DNA of 64,000 nucleotides from an uncultured virus (IMG/VR IMGVR_UViG_3300010157_000056) (lineage: Duplodnaviria; Heunggongvirae; Uroviricota; Caudoviricetes): positions 1-64,000 of the IMG/VR virus record IMGVR_UViG_3300010157_000056; one strand, 5' to 3'. The notes beneath the pieces were generated by a model, which was given only the letters and a program-made list of their open reading frames with translations, was not told where the DNA came from and searched no databases. How positions within the stretch are numbered: position 1 is the stretch's first letter; each line of letters opens with the position of its first letter. A program made the position numbers and the translations under genes. Positions 50,701 to 60,800 of the stretch are shown piece by piece.

Positions 50701-51380
50701 AATGTAGTCGTTACTGTGGTAAGTTGTATAGTTAATTTCTGAGCAACGATATCGCCACCAACATACAAATTACCACCAATGCCAACACCACCAACAACTT
50801 GTAACGCACCTGAATTAGTGGATGTTGAATCAACAGTACTTTGAATGTTTAAAGTACCCTGATTATTTGAAACTGTTCCAATAGTTAATGAGTTGGAAGT
50901 AATTGAGCCGCCAACAACTAAATCTAATCCAATGCCAACACCACCAACAACTTGTAATGCACCACTTACAGTACTTGTACTGTTAGTTGAAGTAGACACT
51001 ATTAATTTTGATATGTTTAAGGAATCAGCACCAGTACTAGAAATAGTAACACCACCGATATCCAATGTAGCACTACTAACAAATAGAGTTTTAAATCTTA
51101 GATCAGCACGGCCTAAATTAAATGTATTAGTAATACTTGGTAACAAATCACCAGTAACTGTTCCACTGCTAATAACAGTACCAGCTAAAGTAATATCAGT
51201 TAATGTGTTTGACCAAAATCGTTGGCCGCTGGTGTTAGCTATTAATACCGCATTGTTTGATAACGGTATACCAAGGTCTGGTTCTGCTTGGCTTACATCA
51301 AGATATTCATAGCGTGACCCGTCAAGGGCTGTGCCAGTTTTTTTCTTTATCTTGCCACTAAACAGTCTACTCTTACTCAT
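41799..51380 (-). CDS. Giant tail fibre protein (3193 aa)
   Basis: Many STxxGALxVxGGVGIG repeats, NTSTLQTVTxRG repeats, a GYTGSx collagen-like block and four C-terminal NTQTGTxYTLxLxD domains. Confidence 0.88.
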   Translation of the reverse strand: MSKSRLFSGKIKKKTGTALDGSRYEYLDVSQAEPDLGIPLSNNAVLIANTSGQRFWSNTLTDITLAGTVISSGTVTGDLLPSITNTFNLGRADLRFKTLFVSSATLDIGGVTISSTGADSLNISKLIVSTSTNSTSTVSGALQVVGGVGIGLDLVVGGSITSNSLTIGTVSNNQGTLNIQSTVDSTSTNSGALQVVGGVGIGGNLYVGGDIVAQKLTIQLTTVTTTFIVTDDVISTYNTTQSTSTDSGALIIAGGAGFGRDVYVGGLIYSSGSQVLTYNSTQTLLVASALYATTSGYALAFDTGTVVTTAINAINATTASFATTSGYALAFDTGTVVTTAINATTASFATTSGYALAFDTGTVVTTAVNATTATSLGPDIIRISNTTNSTSTDSGALQIEGGVGIGKNLNVGNLLTFNPVIWNYVATTFTSIPVTYGQTSLTFTVQPDNTITNMSVAAGAGGYGPTSVNLTIPGTTFPGGTSPANDIVFNVETFVSAGPVYSTAVNSAVSYVSGTLPQRYDNIYSTGNVGIGAGTQHWVFGTDGKLTAPGKIEVQSNVNSNSIATGAFTVVGGAGIGLDLYVGNNLYVANTAYLNNAEILTTSSGFSSESGISIINQRLVVNTSTNSTSTTTGAIVTPGGVGIGQDMWVGGKIYAGDFIYSNGQQVITTSTINTFANQTVITAGTDTAISTSTGNVTIWNTSTFQTVTDRGHTTTNAISITSTASSTSSTTGALTITGGVGVGENLYVNGLIYSSSSQVLTYNSTQTLLVASALYATTSGYALAFNTNTVVTTAVNATTASYALAFDTGTVVTTAVNATTASSLGTGVIYIVNSSTSTSTNTGALVVTGGAGVGGDLWAGGSIYAAAFLYSNGQQVITTSTINTFANQTVITAGTDTAISTSTGNITIWNTSTLQTVTDRGATTTNAISITNATASDSTITGALIVAGGVGIGGDIYVGGALYQNGQQVITTSTINDYANQTVITAGTDTAISTSTGNITIWNTSTLQTVTGRGHTTTNQIRIDNTLTSTSSFASNALYVAGGIGGNSGFNINGDGYLHGDLIVFGTITGTNVTLTTLVANSGTFYGDTSGSGALYAGIIGATPFSQTMAQFTGDLNDYMEINVQNINAGAIASTDIVASADNVTETGAFIDMGITSSGWDGSATLSFGNALGPNDGYLLVGNSNLPTSGHLVIGTMALDTSVKIIVAGTNSNYITAIFNTATTESISTTTGALVVRGGLGVGGSIYAASTSYINNSKILVAGDLETVTHTATYITNNPGSVAVAGTSTIYGTYDFGAVSDVWTFNDYNTGTNFGYYSIHDAATQPAFIVYIGFSGITDFNRIVLNINYTQNSGHTQEIDLYNYVQNQWDTFTTYSGSTGWFEFILGTVDPAPYISSGTVTARIYHVSFGNTAHRTWIDYVALEKSIQGGQGPRGATGATGATGAQGLTTSTTSTFIFSNTLASTSTVASNAVYIEGGLGIGKSLLVTGEAIFQNNVTFAGTTTFVLSTNTVYTDNIIELHYPNTPGNVWAVNDGKDIGLRFHYYDGADKNAGLVLANDTKYLEWYSSGTEDGTSTFAGSAYGTFKTGSIVLTNTTVSISTSTGALQVAGGVGIGGNLYIGGALYQNGQQVITTATINNFANQTTITAGTDTAISTSTGNITIWNTSTLQTVTDRGNTTTNAISITNATASGSTITGALTVAGGIGVGGDLYIGGALYQSGQQVITTATINQYANQTSIIAGTDTAVSTSTGNIIIWNTSTLQTVTSRGATTTNAISITNATASGSTITGALTVTGGVGIGGNLYVGGALYQSGQAILSTATINQFANQTSIIAGTDTAVSTSTGAITIWNTSTLQTVTGRGATTNNAISITNTTSSISTTTGALIVTGGVGIGGSLNVGDASVVNVNSTSTALRITQLGAGNALVVEDEANPDASPFVIASNGTVIIGHTARVTQVNVLEVHSSAAINSSPAMGVYSWGTLATGGGLNLYKSRSGTVGTYSTATNGSQSSIRFQFDDGAAFQQAASIIGSVEGTPALNSTPGRLTFGTTPDASTTPVERMRIDSVGQTKFSTVITATSTTTGALVVTGGVGIGGNLYVGGAFTATSISIGGINVGYGYTGSLGYTGSIGYTGSIGYTGSASTATGYTGSIGYTGSIGYTGSASTVSGYTGSIGIGYTGSASTATGYTGSIGYTGSKGTDGTSVTIKGSTSTSAALPGYPTSYIGTAGDGYITTDTGHLWVWSGSAWNDVGNITGPSGGLGYTGSRGYTGSASTASGYTGSIGVGYTGSASTVTGYTGSIGYTGSIGYTGSASTASGYTGSQGTGGGAGYTGSASTVTGYTGSVGYTGSIGSTGTTGYTGSIGNTGTIGYTGSIGTIGYTGSIGNTGTIGYTGSIGYTGSLGYTGSASTASGYTGSTGTIGYTGSLGYTGSAGVSGTFSAVQVFNTQSGTTYTLVLADAGDLVKLTNVSGVTVTIPLESSVNFAIGQRVDIEQASAGNVAIVGASGVTLNSTDYPVLSTQYSVGTLIKTGSNEWLFVTPQGGLGYTGSTGVGYTGSLGYTGSASTASGYTGSASTASGYTGSLGYVGSVGNFSSVQTSNTQTGTTYTLALTDAGQLIKLTNASNVTVTIPLESSVNFAIGHRLDIEQASTGIVAVVGASGVTLNSTDYPVLSTQYSVGTLIKTGSNEWLFVTPQGGTGYTGSTGAGYTGSASTGSSFTGGVITGITTVTNTTNASSTNSGALQVVGGVGIGGSLFVGGVITATNFFAGTLRIDAGSTMTNLVVTGTATSTSTTTGAVIISGGLGVGLGIVAGGTVTATNFILNGYQVSTATGSATFTGGSVANTTTFVSTVTITSTAISTSTTTGALQVVGGVGIGGNINFGGSLYQNGVLFTGGGGVGSFNSVQTFNTQTGTSYTLVLTDAGTLVNMNNAVGATVTVPPESSVNFSIGQRVDIAQNGAGPVVISAGVGVTLHTTDLPLLNNQYSIGTLIKVGSNEWTFAGPSTGVIGYTGSVGAGYTGSIGSTGTIGYTGSASTASGYTGSASTASGYAGSAGGFTSVQVFNTQTGTAYTLVLADSGYLVNINNAVGTTVTIPPESSVNFAVGQRVDISQNGLGPVVISAGVGVTLHTTDLPLLNNQYSMGTLLKVGSNEWTFAGPSASVVGYTGSAGANGVIGTNGTNYVDTLNTFLLMGA
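44090..45030 (-). repeat. GYTGSx collagen-like repeat block (18-nt period) in the 3193-aa fibre
   Basis: Recurring CCAGTATA units on the plus strand; Gly at every third residue. Confidence 0.85.
50268..50510 (-). repeat. Three near-identical tandem copies of ATTSGYALAFDTGTVVTTA(I/V)N
   Basis: The DNA unit GCAGTAGTTACAACTGTACCAGTATCAAATGCCAATGCATATCCACTTGTGGTTGCA occurs three times. Confidence 0.85.
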
Positions 51381-51711
51381 TGCTGGTTTCCAATATACTT
51401 AACACTAGGTTAACACTGTTATTTGCGCCAGCACTTGCAGTAACAGAGGCACCTGCTTCAATTACTAATTTACCGGTAGTAACTTCGCAAGCATCATTAA
51501 CTGGAATCTCAAAATCTTTCAACATAACAAAAGTTGTATCGTTTTTAACCAATGTGAATTTTACAGTAACTGGTGCGTTACTGATATTAGTGGCCTGTGC
51601 ACCTAATACAATAGTTGTTATAGCATCGGGGGTGAGATAGATTAACTGTGTACCAGTAGTTAATTCAAATGCTTTGGTTTTAAACGAATTTAAGGGTAAT
51701 GTTGATGCCAT
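51373..51711 (-). CDS. Small virion protein
   Basis: LPLNSFKT..IYLTP..IVLGAQ..GKLVIE..LSILET, a pattern typical of small fibre-associated proteins of T4-like phages. Confidence 0.8.
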   Translation of the reverse strand: MASTLPLNSFKTKAFELTTGTQLIYLTPDAITTIVLGAQATNISNAPVTVKFTLVKNDTTFVMLKDFEIPVNDACEVTTGKLVIEAGASVTASAGANNSVNLVLSILETSNE

Positions 51712-51712
51712 T

Positions 51713-54700
51713 TTACGATCCTATTGCCAGTATGTATGGCGTCATAACTGCGAACAAACTACGATTGAATGTTCTTCCGGAAATTGTTCCTACGCTGTTA
51801 TTTATTACCAAGTCATTACCAATTCGGAAATCGCCTTTCTGGTCTGTTCCAGTAAAGTATACTTTACCGTTATTAACAGCCACTGCTTGATTGGCACTAA
51901 TCGGCTCTCCACCTAAATATGGCAATGCAGAATTGATATTAGTGCCTGCACCAATCCATTCAAATGAATGTGCGGAACTTGTTATTTGACTATATTTGTG
52001 GAAAGTTACAGGAGTATTATCATTAATAGTTGAAGTAATTGATTGTTCTAATGTAACAGTACTTGAATATGCATTCTCTACTATGTTAGCAACTATATTC
52101 ATTAAACTTTGTGCAGTAGCAGATTCAGTTGCAGAAGCCGCGGTAATACTTGTATTTTGTGCTACTGCACTTTGTAATGGAGTTATAGGATTATCAACTA
52201 TACAATCATCTATGATAGTTTTAATAAACGAATATGCAGCAATAGTGGCTAACTTTTCAGTATTTGATATTTGATATACAGCACCATCATAATATGCATT
52301 AGCAGCATAAGCAGTTTGACTATTGCCACCGTACAACACATCGTAAGTAACTGCATCTATAATATAGCCAACATCTCGTTTACAGGTTGCGGTACTATAT
52401 ACAACTCCTACATAACTGGTATTAATATACGCCACAGTTTCAGCAGTAATAAAATTTCTGTTGTCTCTTAATAAGTTAAACGCATTAAGTATTGTAGTAG
52501 ATGTATTTGCTACAAGCCCGATTGGTACACGAGCAGGAGCTACACTTGGACCATTATTAATAATATTAGTTATTGTAGATATCTTACTGTTAATCAATCC
52601 AATTTCTACACTGGTTGCAGTACTAGCACTTATGGTTTGACTTATTGAAGTTTGATATGTACCTGTGATTAATTTACCTGTTACAATGTCTGCTGATATA
52701 GATTTAATAAATTCGTAAGCAGCAGTAGTTTGTGGAATTTCAGTAGCAATTGAAGTGGAGGTACTACTAAAACCATAATAGTATACTCCACTCATTATGC
52801 TTTGTTTATTACCAAAATGTAACAGATCAAATGCCACACTGTCAATCATATAGCCTATATCTCTACGGCAGATAGTTTGATCATAACTATATCCAGGATA
52901 TGTACTATTAATCCACGCAATGGTATTATCTTGTATAACTGATTTATTAGCTAACAGAGCATTATATGCTGCAACAGTATCACTATTAGAACTTGCTGGA
53001 AAATTAGAAACAATTAAATCAGTAATACCGTTAGTACCTGTATTTAGAACATACAAAATTAAATTAAAATTATCAGAAACAGTTGCTGCTGGCACACTAC
53101 CTCCGGCTGCATTAGCAATGCTAATTGCTAAGTCTCTTACATGAGCAATTGCAGAAGTAGTAGTAGTTATTTCATTGGCAACATCACCGACATATCCAGT
53201 TTTGTTCCAGTATTGCAATCCTGCAAATACACTTTGGCTAGTACCATCATATAACAAATCAAATGCTATTGCATCAACAATAAGACCAGCATCTCTTTGA
53301 CATTTTACTGAATCATAAGTAAATCCACTAACATAAGCAACAGTTTCTTCAGCAATGAATGATTTATTAGCCTGCAATATTAAACCGGCATTAACAGTAT
53401 TGGCGCTAGCACCGGTAGGTGGATTATATGTATAGCTAGGTGCTGCACCTAATCCATTTTGCATAATGTTTATTAATATATCAAACAAGTCGGATACTCT
53501 AGTGTATGCGGTTGTAGCAGGTGTTAGTAATGCTAATACTCTAATCTTTAAAAAATTAACAGCATTAACAGTTTCTACTAGTTGTTCAGTTACTACTGTA
53601 GAACTTGCTGCTCTATAATAACTTGTACCTGCTTTTACAGTTTGATAGTTAGTATGTAACACCATGTCATAGCAAATTCCATCAATAATATTACCAACAT
53701 CTCTGCTGCATTTAAATTGATTAAAATCAAATAAAGGGAATGTATTCCTTACATGATCAATTACTAATGTTTGTAATTTAGCCTTGTCATCTAATATATT
53801 TTGTCTAGCATTTCTTAATGCAGCATCTTCTTGAATAAGTGTGGGATAAACAATATCAGTACTACCTGTTTTAAATGCACTTGATGTACTAATTGTATAA
53901 TAGTTCCCATCACCAAAACTTATAGCATCTCCTACACTAGGTTTAGTGGTTAAATTATCAATAACAAATACTTTACCAGATTTGGCCCCATTTACCTTAC
54001 CTGTATATAATGTAGAACTAACACCATCGGCATACAATGCATAGTTACCAAAACTACTATTACTGTTAGTTATAGAGCAAAATCCACCTGATTCAGCATA
54101 GAATCCTTTATCACAACAGATAGTAAACACAGAAACTAATTGTGTATAACCGCCATTTAACATGTGGATACCAATACCACCTTGGTTATATTGAGTATAT
54201 GCATCCACGACCATACTTTTTGTACCAAGTGCTAAATTTCCGTCTACACGCATGCCAGTAGCATCTGTTGTCATACTTGTACAATTTTGTACGTATGGAC
54301 TTGTAGATATTACACCTGCAGACCCATCTGGATTAAATGATATTGCAGCTGAAGGATACTCATGACCCTTAAATGTCATGTTACTTATGTATGTTCCGTT
54401 GTTTACATAAAATATATTGTTTGTTGAAGTTGTAGGTCTTACGGTTACTGTACGAAGATTATCACCTACTAGAGAAACAAAGTCAGGAACAGTAATTGGT
54501 GTATTTTCAGTATAATCTCCGCTCTTAACAAAAACAGTAGTACCAGTTGATGCAACTGATACCGCAGATTTAATTGTGCGTTTAGAGTAAGTTAGAGAAC
54601 GGCCATCATTGCTGTCATTACCACTTTCACTAACATATAAAACATTATCTACTACTGTTGCGCCTGCTGTACCTGTACTACCCGCAGGCCCTTGTGGACC

Positions 54701-54862
54701 TTGTATACCGCCGTAGTCTAATTGAATCCATGTAGATGTACCATTACCAATTTTAAACAAGTTAGTATCTGTTTCAATACCCATTTCTGCAAGAGCCAGA
54801 GTAGGATTAACTCCGGTCCATTCTCCCGCGGTTCCTCTTCTAAATTGGATTTGAATTGCCAT
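51713..54862 (-). CDS. Virion structural/fibre protein: Mtd-N-like head, beta-helix and four helical CxRD repeats
   Basis: IQFRRGT..NPTLA.AEMGIETDT..FKIGNG; LYVS..GND..G..KRTIK; SPYVQNCT; (K/I/T)CxRDxG repeats; C-terminal TDQKGDFRIG..TISGRTF. Confidence 0.85.
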   Translation of the reverse strand: MAIQIQFRRGTAGEWTGVNPTLALAEMGIETDTNLFKIGNGTSTWIQLDYGGIQGPQGPAGSTGTAGATVVDNVLYVSESGNDSNDGRSLTYSKRTIKSAVSVASTGTTVFVKSGDYTENTPITVPDFVSLVGDNLRTVTVRPTTSTNNIFYVNNGTYISNMTFKGHEYPSAAISFNPDGSAGVISTSPYVQNCTSMTTDATGMRVDGNLALGTKSMVVDAYTQYNQGGIGIHMLNGGYTQLVSVFTICCDKGFYAESGGFCSITNSNSSFGNYALYADGVSSTLYTGKVNGAKSGKVFVIDNLTTKPSVGDAISFGDGNYYTISTSSAFKTGSTDIVYPTLIQEDAALRNARQNILDDKAKLQTLVIDHVRNTFPLFDFNQFKCSRDVGNIIDGICYDMVLHTNYQTVKAGTSYYRAASSTVVTEQLVETVNAVNFLKIRVLALLTPATTAYTRVSDLFDILINIMQNGLGAAPSYTYNPPTGASANTVNAGLILQANKSFIAEETVAYVSGFTYDSVKCQRDAGLIVDAIAFDLLYDGTSQSVFAGLQYWNKTGYVGDVANEITTTTSAIAHVRDLAISIANAAGGSVPAATVSDNFNLILYVLNTGTNGITDLIVSNFPASSNSDTVAAYNALLANKSVIQDNTIAWINSTYPGYSYDQTICRRDIGYMIDSVAFDLLHFGNKQSIMSGVYYYGFSSTSTSIATEIPQTTAAYEFIKSISADIVTGKLITGTYQTSISQTISASTATSVEIGLINSKISTITNIINNGPSVAPARVPIGLVANTSTTILNAFNLLRDNRNFITAETVAYINTSYVGVVYSTATCKRDVGYIIDAVTYDVLYGGNSQTAYAANAYYDGAVYQISNTEKLATIAAYSFIKTIIDDCIVDNPITPLQSAVAQNTSITAASATESATAQSLMNIVANIVENAYSSTVTLEQSITSTINDNTPVTFHKYSQITSSAHSFEWIGAGTNINSALPYLGGEPISANQAVAVNNGKVYFTGTDQKGDFRIGNDLVINNSVGTISGRTFNRSLFAVMTPYILAIGS

Positions 54863-54896
54863 TTTTACCTTTTATATCTGCTGTACGATATTTATC

Positions 54897-57800
54897 CTAG
54901 ACCCCACCAGCATCGATACTAGTGATTCCACCATAATTAGAGTCAGGTTGACCTCCGTCAAAGTTACCAAAATAGCCGCCGCCACCACCTGTTCCCGGGT
55001 CGCCTTTTTCACCTTTGCTACCTACATAACCTCGACTACCAGTATATCCTATTCCAATAGATCCAGTATATCCAGTACCTGTGTTGCCAACCGAACCAGT
55101 GTACCCTGCGCCAATTGAACCGGTATATCCACTTGCGGTACTTGCTGATCCGGTATAACCATTTTGACCAGCACTACCGGTATAACCAATTGAGCCCGTG
55201 TAGCCAAAACTACCTATATAGCCAATATTGCCTTTACTGCCAGTGTATCCTACGCCTATTGAACCTGTATATCCACGACTACCTGTATATCCCTTGCCCT
55301 GTGTTACTATAGCCTCTATTACTGCTAAATTAAAAGATTGTATTGCTGTTTGTGGAACACCGTCAGTTACAGTAATAGTAAAACTTGTACTTGTGAATAC
55401 TGCTGTAGGCGTTCCACTAATTAATCCGTTAACTGTATTAAATGTTAGTCCAGCTGGCAACTGACTAGGACTTATTGAATAACTATATGTGCCATAACCG
55501 CTACTACCAGTTACTGGTATTGTCTCAGATAATTCACCCAATGTTAACGCAATATAAGAAGATTGTAATACTGCCAATAATGTAGGAGGTGGATTATCAC
55601 TAATAACAATAGTAGTTGTTCCAGTATTATTTTGTCCAGCTTGGTCAGTAACAGTTACATAATGTACAGCATCACCGACTGTACTGGTAGGTGTGCCGCT
55701 AACTTCTCCAGTATTGATATCAAAATTTAATCCCGTTGATAATGGTGGATTTATACTATAGGTCAATGCACCATAACCAAGTGTGCCTACTACAGGAACA
55801 AATGGTGTAACTTGAGTATACTGTGTTAATGCTGCTGTAGGATAAGGTACTGTAATAGTAATCGGAAGTGGAATTACTTGTAAATTAAATGTCTGTGTAC
55901 TAACTTGAGATAGATCGTCTCTTACGGTAACTGTATATGTTTGTACAGACCCTAATAATGTTGGAGTACCACTGATATATCCAGTACTTGTATTAAATGT
56001 TAATCCTTGAGGAAAGATAGGAGAATTATTAAGACTATAACGTAGTGATCCATATCCACCTGTACCTAATATTGGTCTAATATTAGGAACAACACCGTTA
56101 TTAACTGTAAGTGAGATAGAACTAGTAGTTACGGTAGTAGTTAATGCAGGCGGTGCATTAACAACTAAAGTAAATGTACTACTATTGACATTGCTTATAG
56201 TATCCGTTGCAACTACTGAATACACAGTACCAGCAGTTACAATAGTAGGAGTACCACTGATATAACCGGTGCTGGTATTGATACTAAGGCCGGCCTGCAA
56301 ACTAGGTACAGTTGAATATACTAAAGTACCAACACCACCAATAGCATTAACTGGTTTAAATGCAACCGCTGCTACATTTTGTGTTAATGTATTAACTGTA
56401 ATTAATTGTTCAACGGTTAATGGTAAAAAGTCAATTAATAAACTAAATGTTTTGCTACTAGAGGTACTTGCATCTGAAACAGTAACCGCATAGTTTGTTA
56501 ATGAACTTATTACAGAAGGAGTTCCGCTAATTAAACCAGTAGATGTACTGATTGTAAGTCCACTTGGTAATAGTTTATCTATTGCCCAGGTTAATGTACC
56601 TGACCCACCTGTTGCAGTAACAGGAGTAAAAGGAGTAGCTAACTCAAGTACCTGTAGATTTTTACTGGCTACTGCTAATGTTGTAACAATTGGAACAGGT
56701 ACAACTGATAATGTAAATGTCTTGCTGCTAGTTTGCCCTAAAGAATCCGCGGCAGTTATAGTATATACACGATTATCTAATTGTGTAGGAGTTCCGGTGA
56801 TCTTACCATTTGATGCATTGAAACTTAATCCACTAGGCAATGTAGGAGTAATTGCAAAAGAAATAGTTCCGTAACCACCACTAGCACTCACAGGTGATAC
56901 ATTTGCAACATCAACATATCTAGTTAAACTAACTGTAGGAACATCCTGTACAGTAACTAATGCAGGTGGATTATTAACTGTTAATGTATAAACCTTGCTG
57001 CTAGCTTGAGTAACTCCAAAATCTTTAACTGTTATAGTAAATGGTGTGGCAGATATTGATGCGGTAGGTTTACCTGTTATTTGCCCTGTACTTGTACTAA
57101 ATGCCAATCCGGTAGGCAACGGTGAACTTATTTCATATGTGTACGGAGTATATCCACCTGTTGCAGTTACTGGAGTAACCGCTGTAATAGTAACTCCATT
57201 AACAAATGTGCTAGATGTTACTGCTAATGTTGTAACCAATGACGCAGGTATCACACTTATTGAAACTGCTGTGCTGCTTGATTGTGCTGCTTGATCAGTT
57301 ACTGTTATTGTATAACTGGTACTAGCATTATATATTGTTGGAGTACCAGTTACCTGACCATTTGTAGAATTAAAACTCAATCCACTTGGTAATGTTGGAC
57401 TTATACTATAAGTAAGTGTTCCATAACCGCCTGTTGCAGTTACAGGATAAAATGCAGAAATTGTAACATCTTTCTGCAATGAGAAAGTAGCCGCAGTAGC
57501 GGTGGTGGCTAACGCAGGCGGATTAATTACATTTAATAAGAATGTTGCTGTATTATATTGTGGTACTGTATCTGCAACAGTTATACTATAAGTAGCTGTA
57601 GAACTGGTGCTACTTGGAGTACCAATAATCTGTCCATTGGAACTTAAGAAAGTTAATCCTGTTGGTAAACTTGGACTAACATTAAATGTATATGCTCCAA
57701 CTCCTCCGGTGGCAGTTACTGGAATAAATGCTGTTGCTGCTACATTCTTTATTAATGTTTTTGTAACAATTGTGGCTGTTACAACTAATGCAGGTGGAGG

Positions 57801-60800
57801 TGGTGGTGGCGCCACATAGATACTAAACGACTTACTAGCAGTCTGTGATATTGAATCAGTAACTGTTACTGAGTATGTAGTAGTGTTACTTGTACCAGTT
57901 GGTGTTCCTAATATCTGTCCTGTAGTTGGAATGAAAGTTAATCCGCTAGGTAATCCAATATCAATAGAATACGAAAGAGTACCCTTACCACCACTACCTA
58001 CTACAGGAGTAAATGTAGTAACGGCTACATTTTTAACAAACGAATAGCTTGATGTTGATAGTGTAGCAACTACCGCTGGAGGTGGTGGTTCAGGTAATAC
58101 AGTTAAACTAAATCCCTTACTACTAGTTTGCGCCGCGGCATCAGTAGCGGTAACTGTATAAAGGGCAACAGTACTAGATGTAATTGCTATTCCACTGATC
58201 AATCCAGTGGATGTATTAATTGCCAGTCCACTTGGTAAAGCAGGAGCAATGGAATATGCAACAGCCCCATAACCACCAGTATATGTAACCGGTGTAAATG
58301 ATGCTGTATCGATATTCTGTGTAATAGTTTTAGTAGCAATTACCTGAGTAGTACTCAATAAAGGATAACTTACCGATAAACTAAATGTTTTGCTGCTAAG
58401 TTGTGATAGCGTGTCAGTAACTGTAACGGTATAAGGATTACTACTTGATATTACTGTAGGAGTACCACTTACTACTCCGGTTGAAGTATTAAATATTAAT
58501 CCACCCGGTAAGCTAGTACCAATAGCATATGACAATGTGCCATATCCGCCAGTAGCAGTTACCGGAGTAAATGCACTTGCTGCAACACCAATCGTTAATG
58601 CACTAGTTGGGACTGCTAAAACTGTAGATATTGCCGGAGGTGCTTCTACAGTTAATGTAAATGTCTTACTACTGGTCTGTGGTACTGAATCAGTAACTGT
58701 TATAGTATAGGTAGTTGCACCTTGTACAACTGTAGGAGTACCAGTAATAAAACCAGTTGAACTATTTAAATTTAATCCACTTGGTAATGTTGGACTAACA
58801 CTATATAATAATGTTCCATATCCGCCTGTACCATTAACTGGTTTAAATGTAGTAGCCAGTATATACTGAGTGATTGTTTGAGCGGCTACCAATACTGTTG
58901 TAACAATAGGTCCAGCATTGACTGTTAAACTAAATGTCTTGTTACTAGATTGTGATGCACCGTCAGTGACCGTTACTATATAATTAGTGGTTCCACTAAG
59001 AACCGATGGAGTTCCAGTTACTTGACCATTTGAAGTATTAAAACTTAATCCGCTCGGTAATGCAGGACTTATACTATAAGCAAGCGTTCCATACCCACCT
59101 GTACCTGTTACTGGAATAAATGCTGTTACTGCTGTATTCTGAGTTAAAGTTGCTGTAGCCTGTACCAATGTAGTAGTAAGTGCAGGTAATGCATTAACAG
59201 TTAATGTAAATGTTTTACTACTGCTTTGAGGTACAGTATTAGAATCTGTAACTGTAACGGTATATGTAGTTTGACTTAGTACAGAACCGGAGTTTCCACT
59301 AATCTGTCCATTGACAGTATTAAAACTCAATCCAGTTGGTAATGCAGGACTAACCGCATAAGTTAATGTGCCGGTACCTCCACTAGCTGTTACAGGAATA
59401 AACGGAGTAATACTAATATTTTGAGTTATTACTGTGCTAGGAACGGCCTGTACAGTAACTACTGCTTTTGGATTAACAGTTAGACTAAATGTCTTGCTGC
59501 TACTCTGTGGTATATTATTGCTATCGGTAACGGTTACTGTGAAATTAGTAGTTGCTAAAATAACAGTAGGTGTACCACTTATTAAACCATTATTAGTGTT
59601 AAATGTCAATCCAGTTGGTAGTGCAGGACTGACAGCATAATTTAATGTACCAATACCGCCGCTGCCTGTTACAGGAGTAAATGATGCTGCTAGATCATTT
59701 TGCAATAATACAGTAGTAGGAACTACCAGTGTAGTAGTTAAAGATACCGCATCTACATTTAAAAGAAATGTCTTACTACTAGTTTGAGCTACCGCATCAG
59801 TAACAGTAACAGTATAGGTAGTAGCAATAGTGGCAACACTTGGTGTTCCAGAAACTTGTCCAGTAGTGCTACTAAATGTTAATCCTGCTGGTAGTGCTGG
59901 GCTAATTGCAAATACCAATGAAGGAACACCACCCGTTGCAGTTACAGGTATAAATGGTGTTGCTACTGCATTTTGCGACAACGATTTTGTAGCAATTGCT
60001 TGAGTAGTACTTAATGCAGGTGGTGCGTTAACTGTTAAACTAAATGTCTTACTGCTGGTTTGTGTCTGTGAATCAGTTACGGTTACTGTATAAACAGTAA
60101 GGCCAGAAGTTACAGTTGGAGTACCAGATATTAAACCGTTTGAACTATTGAAACTCAATCCAGTTGGTAATGATGGACTAACTGCATAAGTTAGTGTGCC
60201 GGTGCCGCCACTGCCCGTAACAGGAGTAAATTCTGTTGCAACAATCTTTTGTGTTAGTGTTGTATTTGGTACAGCCTGTACTGTTATTACTTGCGCAGGA
60301 GTAACACTTAACGAAAATGTTGCATTAACTGATTGTGCAAGTGTATCAGTAATAGTTACCGTGTAATTGTTAGCAGCACTAGATACAGTAGGTGTTCCGC
60401 TAATCTGTCCAGTAACAATACTAAAACTTAATCCTGCAGGTAATGTTGGACTTATACTATAAGTAAGTGTTCCATATCCGCCTGTTGCACTTACTGGAAT
60501 AAATGCTGTTATCGCTACATTTTGTGTTAAATCTTTAGTGGTAACTGATTGAGATAATACCAATGCTGGTGGATTTACTACTGTTAAACTAAATGTGTTA
60601 CTGGCTGTTTGCCCTAGGCTATCAGTAACCGTTACAGTAAATGTAGTTGCAGAAAGTGCAACTGTTGGAGTACCGGTTATTTGTCCATTAGTAGAATTAA
60701 AACTTAACCCTGCTGGTAAACTTGGGCTTACTCCATAACTTAAAGGATTTTGTCCACCTGAACCAGTAACTGGAGTAAATGCTGCGGCCGCTACATTTTT

